This document shows, one piece after another, positions 40,145 to 48,792 of a stretch of 64,000 nucleotides of DNA. Within the stretch, counting starts at the first letter, position 1. Each line of letters opens with the position of its first letter. The notes below the pieces were generated by a model. The model saw only the letters and a list, made by a program, of their open reading frames with translations, ran no database searches and was not told the origin of the DNA. A program made the position numbers and the translations under genes. This stretch comes from an uncultured Gammaproteobacteria bacterium (lineage in GTDB: Bacteria > Pseudomonadota > Gammaproteobacteria > Magnimaribacterales > Magnimaribacteraceae), in assembly GCA_913045055.1 (NCBI GenBank), contig CAJWPI010000005.1:3675-67674 (forward strand), written 5' to 3'.

Positions 40145-40633
40145 TTAAGCTAGGAGATAAAGAGTTAAAACTAAAATTATCGAAGTAAAAATACCTGCAA
40201 CTACATCATCCATCATAACTCCAAAAGGCCCCTCCATTAAATCAAACTCTCTTATAATCCAAGGCTTCCATATATCAAAAAATCTAAAAAAAATTATTGC
40301 AACAATTAACCAAACCCAAGTTAGTTCAAAGAAGCTTAGTGGTAAGCAAGCTATCCACATACCAACAAATTCATCCCAAACAAAGAAACTAGGATCCTTA
40401 ATATCTCCTGAAGACTGAGGAAAGATAAACAATCCAAAAAAGAAGGCCAAAATAATAAAGACAACATAGAAAGAAATACTTAAAAAACTATCTAGATTAG
40501 GATCTATCAATATCAAGTAGATTAGAGCAGCTAAAATACTAGCAAAAGTTCCTGGAGCTAAAGGAATTAACCCTGACCCAAATCCTATTGAAAACCAATT
40601 TAAAGGGTTTTTAAGATTTAAATTTTTTCTCAT
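40145..40633 (-). CDS. pgpA: Phosphatidylglycerophosphatase A
   Basis: FGSGLIPLAPGTFASI, WDEFVGMW, FRFFDIWKPWIIRE and GVMMDDVVAGI. thiL-pgpA synteny. Confidence 0.92.
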   Translation of the reverse strand: MRKNLNLKNPLNWFSIGFGSGLIPLAPGTFASILAALIYLILIDPNLDSFLSISFYVVFIILAFFFGLFIFPQSSGDIKDPSFFVWDEFVGMWIACLPLSFFELTWVWLIVAIIFFRFFDIWKPWIIREFDLMEGPFGVMMDDVVAGIFTSIILVLTLYLLA

Positions 40634-40639
40634 TTATTA

Positions 40640-41583
40640 TTAAAAATGCTTATATCCTGACTCTATTTCTAACTCTAGCCCATCTTCAGAAATTACTCTT
40701 ACTTCTCTTCCTTTAACCGTTTCTCCTATTACAGTAATAGGAATGTTAAGATCTTTTGAAATTTTATTTATACGTTTTTTTTGCAGAGGATCCGCAGTAA
40801 AACATATCTCATAATCATCGCCAGAGTTAATGTACTCAATTTTTGCTCTTTTAAGATCATAGAAAGGTATGTCTTTAAGGTAAACATTAGCTCCCAAATT
40901 ACTTTCTTTACATATATGTTGTAAGTCTTGAATCAAACCATCTGAAATATCTATTGCAGAATTAGCAATGCCAATAATTTCTTTTCCTATAGAAATTCTT
41001 GCTTTTGGTCTAAGATATCGCGAGTTATTCTTTTTGAAACCTTTCTTCTCTTTGCGTAAAGACGTGAGATCATTCGTTGCACTTCCAATAGAACCCGAAA
41101 GAAATATTAAATCTCCTTCTTTCGCTCCTTTGCGACTAATAAATTTTCCTCGATCTACTATTCCTCCAACATGCACTGTTATAGATAAGCCTCCTCTTGT
41201 GGTGTCTCCCCCTATAAGTGGAATTTTGAATTCATCAGACACATCAATCAAGCCCTGTCTAAAAGAGGTTAACCAATCTTTACTTTTATCCTTCAGAGTG
41301 ATTGAGAGCATAAACCAAGAAGGGGAAGCTCCACATGCAGCTAAATCACTTAAAGCAATTGCTACAGAACGATAGGCTATATCTTTTGGTTCCATCCAAT
41401 TAAAAAAATGTACCCCCTCAAGTGCTGTATCTACTGATTGGACTGAATCTTTATTTTCTGGAGTGTTTATTAAAGTTGCATCGTCCCCTATAGAAAGACT
41501 TATTCCATTCTTTTTAAGGTAAGAAGAACCAATATCAGAGAAATACTCTTGAATTAACTCGTATTCACCTAAGGAGTTTTCAA
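40640..41583 (-). CDS. thiL: Thiamine-monophosphate kinase
   Basis: GEYELIQEYF... IGDDATLI, an AIR-synthase-like fold and GGDTTRG. The ORF-track start at 41650 overlaps the thiolase gene by 56 nt. I prefer the TTG at 41581-41583 (LEFENSLGEYELI), 12 nt after the thiolase stop, but the start is uncertain. Confidence 0.85.
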
Positions 41584-41594
41584 ACTCCAAACTT

Positions 41595-42791
41595 TTATTT
41601 TTCAGGAATTGATTCAAATAAACCTGCGGCTCCCATTCCCCCTCCAACACACATTGTCACAATGCCGTATTTTCCTTCTCTTCTTCTTAACTCCCTTGAT
41701 ATATGTCCTACCTGTCTTGATCCAGTCATTCCAAAAGGGTGACCTATAGCAATCGATCCTCCATTAACATTAAGTTTTTCCATCGGTAGACCAAGTTTAT
41801 CTCTTATGTAAACTACTTGAGAAGCAAAAGCCTCGTTAAGCTCCCAAAGATCTATATCATCCTGATTCAAGCCAGCAGATTTCAGTAGTTTTGGAATTGC
41901 GAAAACAGGTCCAATACCCATTTCATCTGGTTGACAACCCACAACTGTAAAACCCCTAAAATAAGCAAGAGGATTTAATCCTAACTCTTTAGCTTTGTCT
42001 TCACTCATTACTAATGTTACAGAAGCCCCATCTGATAATTGAGAAGAATTACCAGCAGTCACGCTACCATTTTCAGGGTCAAAAACTGGATTTAAACTAG
42101 CCAAACCTTCTAAAGTTGTTTCAGGTCTATTACAGTTATCTCTATCTACTACTTCATCTATTTCTTTTTCAGCTCCAGTTTCTTTATTTTTGAGTAACAT
42201 CTTAGTATTCATTGGAATTATCTCATCATCAAACAAACCTTGGTCTTGTGCTTTTGCAGTCCTCTTTTGACTAGATAAAGAGTATTCATCTTGGGATTCT
42301 CTTGAAACATTATATGTTTTAGCTACTTTCTCAGCGGTTGTACCCATGGCATGATAAATACCTGGTGAAGTCTCAGCTAGCTTTTCATTTACAAACATAT
42401 GGGTATTTGTATTCCCTTGAACAGTACTTATAGATTCAACTCCTCCACCAATTATGCAATCAGCAAATCCGCTTTGAACTTGAGTCGCTGCCATAGCTAC
42501 AGTCTGTAGGCCTGACGAACAGTATCTATTAACTGTCACTCCTCCTGCTTCAATTGGTAGTTTAGAAAGCACAGCAACATTTCTAGCTATATTATGACCT
42601 TGAGGTCCCTCTGGATTCCCACAACCAAGGTAAATATCTTCAACTATAGAAGGATCTACTTGAGGATTCCTTTCTAATAAAGCATCAACTATATGTGCCG
42701 TCATATCATCAGCTCGAGTTTGATTAAAGCCGCCTCTAAAGGATTTAGCTAATCCTGTTCTAACGCTGTCCACTACAACTGCATTGCGCAT
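41595..42791 (-). CDS. Acetyl-CoA C-acyltransferase (thiolase)
   Basis: Active-site Cys context VNRYCSSGLQ, and C-terminal NVNGGSIAIGHPFGMTG and CVGGGMG. 398 aa. Confidence 0.93.
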   Translation of the reverse strand: MRNAVVVDSVRTGLAKSFRGGFNQTRADDMTAHIVDALLERNPQVDPSIVEDIYLGCGNPEGPQGHNIARNVAVLSKLPIEAGGVTVNRYCSSGLQTVAMAATQVQSGFADCIIGGGVESISTVQGNTNTHMFVNEKLAETSPGIYHAMGTTAEKVAKTYNVSRESQDEYSLSSQKRTAKAQDQGLFDDEIIPMNTKMLLKNKETGAEKEIDEVVDRDNCNRPETTLEGLASLNPVFDPENGSVTAGNSSQLSDGASVTLVMSEDKAKELGLNPLAYFRGFTVVGCQPDEMGIGPVFAIPKLLKSAGLNQDDIDLWELNEAFASQVVYIRDKLGLPMEKLNVNGGSIAIGHPFGMTGSRQVGHISRELRRREGKYGIVTMCVGGGMGAAGLFESIPEK

Positions 42792-42886
42792 ATTATTCTC
42801 CAGTATTTTATTAAATATATTTTATTAGGGCGGCTGATGTTAGGTGAGAGAAGCAGAATAATCAAGCAAATCAAGGGTATTATTTG

Positions 42887-43180
42887 TTACTTCATAGAGT
42901 CCTTAAACCACTCAGGAATAATATCGACGTTATATCTCTTTGATAATTTTAAAATAAATGGAATAGTTATTGGAGAAAAGGGCAATGAAGTCAACAGCCC
43001 AAACCCTAAGTCTTTTAATAATTCTTTGAGTTGATTATTAGCAATTTGTAAATCTTTCTTATCGGCCTCTCCTTTTGAATAAAGGTAAAAGGTTTTAAGC
43101 ATTTCTTTATTAGACTCAGACTCATTATTAAAGGTTGCTTTTAAAAGCAATAAATAACGTATAAGCTTTTTTTTAAACAT
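42887..43180 (-). CDS. Hypothetical 97-aa protein with a possible LETM1-like motif
   Basis: It is an ORF with an ATG start in its own intergenic context, divergent from nth. The segment LKELLKDLGFGLLTSLPFSPITIPFILKLSKRYNVDIIPEWF resembles, from memory, the LETM1 core (DLFRLVPF....VPF.[18 protein letters not shown]). Confidence 0.45.
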   Translation of the reverse strand: MFKKKLIRYLLLLKATFNNESESNKEMLKTFYLYSKGEADKKDLQIANNQLKELLKDLGFGLLTSLPFSPITIPFILKLSKRYNVDIIPEWFKDSMK

Positions 43181-43263
43181 GAAGAGATTATAACTCTAAT
43201 AAATTAATGTGTTGAATAAGCCAATTGATTACATCATCACAATTTGTAAATATAGATCTGTTA

Positions 43264-43917
43264 ATGAATAAAACACAAAGGATTACCTTTATATCTGATA
43301 CTCTCAATGAGATCTATCCTGACCCCCCTATTCCCTTATCTCACAGCTCTACTTTTACTTTGTTAATAGCAGTCATCCTCTCAGCTCAATGCACTGATAA
43401 AAGGGTTAACCAAGTAACCCCGTCGTTATTCTTAAAAGGAAAAAAACCTTCAGATATGATTAAAATGGGTAAGCAAAATATTCAAAAAATTATCAAGCCA
43501 TGTGGTTTATCACCCCAAAAATCTAAGGCAATCTTTGAACTCTCTATTATTCTAATAAAAAAATATGGTGGAAAGGTACCTGAGTCTTTTGAAGAATTAG
43601 AATCATTACCTGGTGTTGGACATAAAACAGCATCAGTAGTTATGTCTCAAGCTTTTAATCACCCTGCTTTTCCAGTTGATACTCATGTACATAGACTTGC
43701 TCAAAGATGGAGACTTACAAACGGGAAAAGTGTAAAAAAAACTGAGGAAGATCTCAAGAGGCTTTTCCCAGTTTCAGAATGGAACAAACTACATATTCAG
43801 TTCATTCTCTACGGCAGAGAATATTGTCAAGCTAGAAAATGTTACGGTATAGAATGCCAAATATGCAAAGAATGTAATCCAAATAGAAAGAGTCGAATAA
43901 TTACAAATAAAGCCTAA
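43264..43917 (+). CDS. nth: Endonuclease III
   Basis: LIAVILSAQCTD, HhH-GPD (LPGVGHKTASVVM, VDTHVHR) and a C-terminal 4Fe-4S cluster loop (CQARKCYGIECQICKEC). I prefer the ATG at 43264 over the upstream TTG at 43225. Confidence 0.93.
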   Translation: MNKTQRITFISDTLNEIYPDPPIPLSHSSTFTLLIAVILSAQCTDKRVNQVTPSLFLKGKKPSDMIKMGKQNIQKIIKPCGLSPQKSKAIFELSIILIKKYGGKVPESFEELESLPGVGHKTASVVMSQAFNHPAFPVDTHVHRLAQRWRLTNGKSVKKTEEDLKRLFPVSEWNKLHIQFILYGREYCQARKCYGIECQICKECNPNRKSRIITNKA

Positions 43918-43992
43918 ATATTCGGATGTGATATTGTATGGCCTTAGGTATAATTCTCTAAATCACAATCCCAAAAATGGAGTAAAAATAAT

Positions 43993-45246
43993 ATGTTGGA
44001 AAATTCTCTTTCACTTAAGGAATTTGATCCTGAAATATGGGAATCTGTTATTAAAGAATCAACAAGACAAGAAGATCATATTGAACTTATTGCTTCTGAG
44101 AATTATGCATCCAAAAGAGTTTTAGAAGCTCAAGGATCTGTCCTTACTAATAAGTATGCAGAAGGTTACCCAGGAAAAAGATATTATGGTGGATGTGAAT
44201 TTGTAGATATTGCTGAAGACTTAGCTATTGAAAGAGCGAAAGAACTCTTTGGGGCAGATTATGCAAATGTTCAACCTCATTCCGGAAGCAGTGCTAACTT
44301 AGCAGTCTATCTAGCTCTTTGCTCTCCTGGAGATGTTATTCTAGGAATGAGTCTTGATCATGGCGGCCATTTAACACATGGAACTAATGTAAACTTCTCA
44401 GGTAAGATTTATACAGCTTATCAGTATGGATTGAATAAGGAGACAGGAGAAATTGATTATGAAGAAGTTGATTCTCTAGCAAGAAAACATAAACCTAAAC
44501 TTATTATTGCTGGTTTTTCTGCTTATTCTGGAATAGTTGACTGGGAGAGATTTAGATCAATTGCTGATGAAGTAGGAGCTTATTTTTTAGTAGATATGGC
44601 TCACGTTGCTGGTCTTATAGCAGCTGAACTTTACCCCTCTCCAATTCCTTTTGCAGATGTAGTTACAACTACTACGCATAAAACTTTAAGAGGACCGCGT
44701 GGTGGTTTAATCCTGGCTAAACAAAATGAAGAAATAGAAAAGAAAATTAATTCCTCAATTATACCTGGCTCTCAAGGTGGTCCTTTAATGCATGTTATAG
44801 CTGCTAAGGCAGTTTGCTTTAAAGAAGCCTTACAATCAAACTTTACAACTTATCAGGAGCAAGTTTTAAAAAACGCTGAAGTCATGTGCAAAGTCTTTAT
44901 GAACAGAGGGATTGAGATAGTTTCAAATGGAACAAAGAACCATATGTTCTTGGTAGATTTAATTAAAAAAGATATAACTGGAAAAAATGCTGAGGAAGTT
45001 TTAAGCAAAACTAACATCACAGTAAATAAGAACGCTGTTCCTAATGATCCCCAGCCAAGATTTATAACTAGCGGCCTAAGAATAGGCACCCCAGCATCCA
45101 CTACCAGAGGTTTTAAAGAAGAAGAAATAGAGTTAGTAGCAGCTTGGATTTGTGACATATTAGATGATATTGGCAACGGGAAGTTAACTAATAAGATTAC
45201 AGAGCAGGTTAAAGAGTTATGCTCAAGTTTTCCTGTTTATAAATAA
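43993..45246 (+). CDS. glyA: Serine hydroxymethyltransferase
   Basis: IELIASENY, the PLP-lysine motif [16 protein letters not shown] and HLTHG. 417 aa. Confidence 0.98.
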   Translation: MLENSLSLKEFDPEIWESVIKESTRQEDHIELIASENYASKRVLEAQGSVLTNKYAEGYPGKRYYGGCEFVDIAEDLAIERAKELFGADYANVQPHSGSSANLAVYLALCSPGDVILGMSLDHGGHLTHGTNVNFSGKIYTAYQYGLNKETGEIDYEEVDSLARKHKPKLIIAGFSAYSGIVDWERFRSIADEVGAYFLVDMAHVAGLIAAELYPSPIPFADVVTTTTHKTLRGPRGGLILAKQNEEIEKKINSSIIPGSQGGPLMHVIAAKAVCFKEALQSNFTTYQEQVLKNAEVMCKVFMNRGIEIVSNGTKNHMFLVDLIKKDITGKNAEEVLSKTNITVNKNAVPNDPQPRFITSGLRIGTPASTTRGFKEEEIELVAAWICDILDDIGNGKLTNKITEQVKELCSSFPVYK

Positions 45247-45247
45247 A

Positions 45248-45703
45248 ATGCATTGTCCATATTGTAGTTATTCTGATACGAAAGTAATTGACTCCAGACT
45301 AATTTCTGAAGGTCTTCAAACGAGAAGAAGAAGGGAATGTACGGAATGCGGAGAAAGATTTACTACTTTTGAATCTGCAGAACTTCTTATGCCTAAAGTT
45401 ATCAAACAAAAAAATAATACTAGAGAGCCTTTCAATGAACAGAAATTAAGAGAAGGTTTATATAGATCTCTTGAAAAGAGACCAGTTGGAGATGAAGAGA
45501 TAGAAAAATTAATAGAAGATATAAAAAAAGATATCAGAGCATCAGGAGAAAGAGAAGTTCCCTCTAGATTAATTGGAGAAGCAGTTATGAAAAACCTCAG
45601 AAAAATTGATGAGGTAGCTTTCATAAGATTTGCTTCTGTATATAGAAGATTTGAAGATATTACTGAGTTTAGTGAAGAAGTAGAAAAACTTACCAACGAC
45701 TAA
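45248..45703 (+). CDS. nrdR: Transcriptional repressor NrdR
   Basis: Zinc ribbon [17 protein letters not shown]...[16 protein letters not shown] plus an ATP-cone. Confidence 0.96.
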   Translation: MHCPYCSYSDTKVIDSRLISEGLQTRRRRECTECGERFTTFESAELLMPKVIKQKNNTREPFNEQKLREGLYRSLEKRPVGDEEIEKLIEDIKKDIRASGEREVPSRLIGEAVMKNLRKIDEVAFIRFASVYRRFEDITEFSEEVEKLTND

Positions 45704-45705
45704 CT

Positions 45706-46800
45706 ATGACTGAAGAAGAAGGTCATATGATGCATGCCCTAGAACTTGCACAAAGAGGTTCTTATTTAGCCAGTCCTAATCCTCTAGTTGGGTGTGTGAT
45801 AGTTAAAAATGCGAAAGTAATTGGTAGAGGCTGGCATAAAAAGCCCGGAACAGAGCATGCTGAAATTAATGCTCTATCTGATGTAAGGAGAAAATTTGGC
45901 ACTAACGCTAGCGAAATACTAAAAGGTAGTGAACTGTACGTAAATCTTGAACCTTGTTCACAAAAGGGTAGAACACCCCCTTGTTGTAAATCTATAATAA
46001 AGTCAGGAATTAAAAAGATTTTTATTGCTTCTAAAGATCCTATGCAAAAAGGCCTAGAAGAATTAGCAACTAATAATATAGAAGTTAACTTAGGCCTATT
46101 ACAGGATAAAGCTGAAGAATTAAATAAAGGATTCTTTTCAAGATTAAATAAGGGAAGGCCGATGATTACTTGTAAGTTAGCAATTAGTATGGACGGCGGT
46201 ATAGGATTAAAAAATGGTGAGAGTAAATGGATCTCTTCTCTTGAATCTAGGAGTGATGTTCATGATATGAGAGCTAGAAGTGATGCTATATTGACTGGAA
46301 GTGGAACAATATTGAAAGATAATCCAAGATTAACTGTACGATTATTAGACAAAAATGTCTCTAGTTACTCTCAGCCTTTAAGATGTGTGGTGGATAGTGG
46401 TTTAAAGATTACTGGAAATGAAAATATTTTTTCTGATAATTTAAAAACAATCATTTTCTGCAACAGTGCTAAAAAAGAAATTAATACTCCTTCAAATATT
46501 GAGATAATAGAAAAACCAGATAAAGATGGCTTAGTGTCTCTAGTGGAAGTGTGTAAATACCTCGGTAAAACTGAGATTAATTATCTACTGGTAGAATCGG
46601 GACCTAGACTAGTAGGAGCTCTTCTTAAAGAAAAGCTTATTGATGAGTTTATACTATTCATTGCTCCAAAATTGATGGGAAAGGAAAAACTAAATTTTGC
46701 AAGAATTGAAAGAAGCATGAATAACATTAATCTTAAAATTCAAAGTATTGATGAAATAGGTGGAGACATTAAATTATTAGCTAGACCTCAATATAACTAA
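45706..46800 (+). CDS. ribD: Bifunctional diaminohydroxyphosphoribosylaminopyrimidine deaminase / 5-amino-6-(5-phosphoribosylamino)uracil reductase
   Basis: Deaminase zinc motifs HAEINAL and LEPCSQKGRTPPCC, plus a C-terminal reductase domain. Confidence 0.94.
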   Translation: MTEEEGHMMHALELAQRGSYLASPNPLVGCVIVKNAKVIGRGWHKKPGTEHAEINALSDVRRKFGTNASEILKGSELYVNLEPCSQKGRTPPCCKSIIKSGIKKIFIASKDPMQKGLEELATNNIEVNLGLLQDKAEELNKGFFSRLNKGRPMITCKLAISMDGGIGLKNGESKWISSLESRSDVHDMRARSDAILTGSGTILKDNPRLTVRLLDKNVSSYSQPLRCVVDSGLKITGNENIFSDNLKTIIFCNSAKKEINTPSNIEIIEKPDKDGLVSLVEVCKYLGKTEINYLLVESGPRLVGALLKEKLIDEFILFIAPKLMGKEKLNFARIERSMNNINLKIQSIDEIGGDIKLLARPQYN

Positions 46801-46804
46801 AAAA

Positions 46805-47899
46805 ATGAAACTTAATACTACTCAAAATTTAATTTCTGATATTTCTGAGGGCAAGATGGTTATTCTCATGGATGATGAAGACAGAGAAAATGAAGGTGAT
46901 TTAATTCTAGGAGCAGAAAAGATTACACCTGAGATTATCAATTTTATGGCTACTCATGCACGAGGTCTTATTTGCTTAGCTTTAAATAAAGAAAGATGCT
47001 TTCAACTAAATCTTCAACCAATGGTTAGAGATAGTAGAAGCAAGCAAGGAACAGCTTTTACAGTGTCAATTGAAGCAGCTCAAGGAGTAACAACAGGTAT
47101 TTCTGCTTCTGATAGAGCAACCACTATTCTTGCAGCAGTTAAAAAAAATGCAAAACCTGAAGACATAGTTCAACCAGGACATGTTTTTCCTTTAACAGCA
47201 TCAGATGGAGGGGTTCTTACTAGAGCAGGCCATACAGAAGCTGGATTGGACTTAGCTAAATTGGCAGGTTTAGAACCTGCAGCGGTAATAGTAGAAATAA
47301 TGAACGAAGATGGAAGTATGGCCAGAAGACCAGATCTAGAAAGATTTGCAAAAAAGCATAACCTAAAAATAGGAACAATAGCTGATCTAATACACTATAG
47401 AAATATAAACGAAAAGAGCATTAAGAGAATCAATGAAACTTCAGTTTCTACAGAATTTGGAAATTTCAAGCTAACTGCTTATCAAGATTCCATTTTAAAT
47501 AGGACTCATTTAGCATTAACAAAAGGTACAATCTCCAACAAGAAAGAGACTCTAGTGAGGGTACATATAAGCAATTCTTTACATGATGTAATGGGAATAC
47601 AGGGATTTGGAAAAAGGTGGTCTTTCTCTAATGCAATGGAAAAAATAAATAAAGAAGGAATGGGAGTGTTGCTGCTGATATCTCAAGAAGAAACAGCAGA
47701 GACTATTTTAAATAACTTTAATTTTCTTAAAAGAAAGAAGAAATATTCTAGAAATGAAGCCCCAGACAATAGAATTGTTGGAATAGGAGCTCAGATTCTT
47801 AGAGATCTGGGGGTAAAGAAAATACGGCTTCTTGGTGCTCCTGTAAAATACCCTCTAGCAGGATTTGATCTTGAAATAACTGAATTTATTGCACCATAA
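46805..47899 (+). CDS. ribB: 3,4-dihydroxy-2-butanone-4-phosphate synthase fused to a degenerate GTP-cyclohydrolase-II-like domain
   Basis: The N-terminal DHBPS half is intact (DDEDRENEGDLI, GHTEAGLDLA). The C-terminal half aligns with RibA but lacks the Cys zinc ligands (VRVHISNSLHDVMGIQGFGKRW versus [20 protein letters not shown] in the stand-alone ribA at 39526-40110). Confidence 0.88.
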   Translation: MKLNTTQNLISDISEGKMVILMDDEDRENEGDLILGAEKITPEIINFMATHARGLICLALNKERCFQLNLQPMVRDSRSKQGTAFTVSIEAAQGVTTGISASDRATTILAAVKKNAKPEDIVQPGHVFPLTASDGGVLTRAGHTEAGLDLAKLAGLEPAAVIVEIMNEDGSMARRPDLERFAKKHNLKIGTIADLIHYRNINEKSIKRINETSVSTEFGNFKLTAYQDSILNRTHLALTKGTISNKKETLVRVHISNSLHDVMGIQGFGKRWSFSNAMEKINKEGMGVLLLISQEETAETILNNFNFLKRKKKYSRNEAPDNRIVGIGAQILRDLGVKKIRLLGAPVKYPLAGFDLEITEFIAP

Positions 47900-47908
47900 A
47901 CCTAAAGA

Positions 47909-48388
47909 ATGTCAAAAAAAGGAAATATTTTAGTCGAGCCCTCTCACGAATCCAAAAGAGGGAAGTACGGTCTTATAACAACCCTGTGGAATAGAGACAT
48001 AGTTGAAGTTCTTTTCAAGAATGCAAAAGAAGAACTCTTGAAACAGGGTGTGCATAAAGAAAATATTTTTCACTTGGAAGTCCCTGGTGCTTTTGAATTA
48101 CCTTTGTCTGCAAAAAGATTGGGGAAAAGAAAGGACATAGATGCAATTATTGCCCTTGGAGCTATTATAAAGGGAGAAACTCCACACTTTGATATGATAG
48201 CTAATAGCTGTGCTACAGGTTTAATTAATGTTTCTTTGGATATTAATAAACCAGTAATATTTGGGGTTTTAACTACCAATAATTATGAACAAGCACTTGA
48301 AAGAGCAGACTCTAGAAAAGGCAATAAAGGGTCAGAAGCCGCTTTAAGTGCTATGTTACTTCTTGAGAACTTATCAAAAAATAAGTGA
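47909..48388 (+). CDS. ribH: 6,7-dimethyl-8-ribityllumazine synthase
   Basis: VPGAFELPL, IALGAIIKGETPHFD and GVLTT. 159 aa. Confidence 0.95.
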   Translation: MSKKGNILVEPSHESKRGKYGLITTLWNRDIVEVLFKNAKEELLKQGVHKENIFHLEVPGAFELPLSAKRLGKRKDIDAIIALGAIIKGETPHFDMIANSCATGLINVSLDINKPVIFGVLTTNNYEQALERADSRKGNKGSEAALSAMLLLENLSKNK

Positions 48389-48792
48389 ATATGCCTTCAA
48401 CTATCTCACCAACAAGATCTAGAGACAAAGTGCTTCAAAGTCTATATGAAGCTGATGTGGGAAGTAATTTATTAGATGAAGTAATTAGTAATAGACCAAA
48501 TGAAAAAAATAATACTTTTTTTCAGAATCATCTTCGGGGTGTTCTAAAATCTCTTGAAACTTTAGATAAAATTCTTGAAAAGAATTTACCAAGACCTCTT
48601 TCTCAACTAGACCCTATAGAAAGAAATATTCTCAGGATGTCTTTATTTGAGCTCCTAAATAATGAAACCAAAGATGTTATTGTAATAAGTGAAGCAATTC
48701 GTTTATCTAAAAAATATGGTTCTTCAAATGGATATAGATTTATAAACGCAATTCTAGATAAGTTAATTAAGGAGGGATTGGACCAAAATTAA
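48385..48792 (+). CDS. nusB: Transcription antitermination factor NusB
   Basis: The NusB helical fold and LDPIERNILRMSLFEL. ribH-nusB synteny. The start is either the GTG at 48385 or the ATG at 48391. Confidence 0.9.
   Translation: MNMPSTISPTRSRDKVLQSLYEADVGSNLLDEVISNRPNEKNNTFFQNHLRGVLKSLETLDKILEKNLPRPLSQLDPIERNILRMSLFELLNNETKDVIVISEAIRLSKKYGSSNGYRFINAILDKLIKEGLDQN

Noticed and set aside
41584-41650. ATG-initiated 5' extension of thiL that overlaps the thiolase gene by 56 nt.
   Set aside because: ThiL homology only begins at GEYELIQEYF. A TTG at 41581-41583 lies 12 nt after the thiolase stop and gives a normal-length N-terminus. The exact start remains uncertain.
43928-44125. 65-aa plus-strand ORF overlapping the glyA start.
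   Set aside because: It is out of frame with glyA and overlaps it, has a low-complexity Leu/Asn/Ile/Lys-rich composition, and shows no motif.
45316-45696. 126-aa minus-strand ORF covering almost all of nrdR.
   Set aside because: It is a Ser/Leu-rich mirror of the Glu/Lys/Arg-rich NrdR coding frame. NrdR itself has an intact zinc ribbon and ATP-cone, so the antisense frame is best explained as a by-product of codon composition.
46805-47899. Apparent duplication of GTP cyclohydrolase II (the ribBA C-terminal domain plus stand-alone ribA).
   Set aside because: The RibBA C-terminal domain lacks the conserved Cys zinc ligands present in ribA. This is the known degenerate-domain arrangement rather than functional redundancy.
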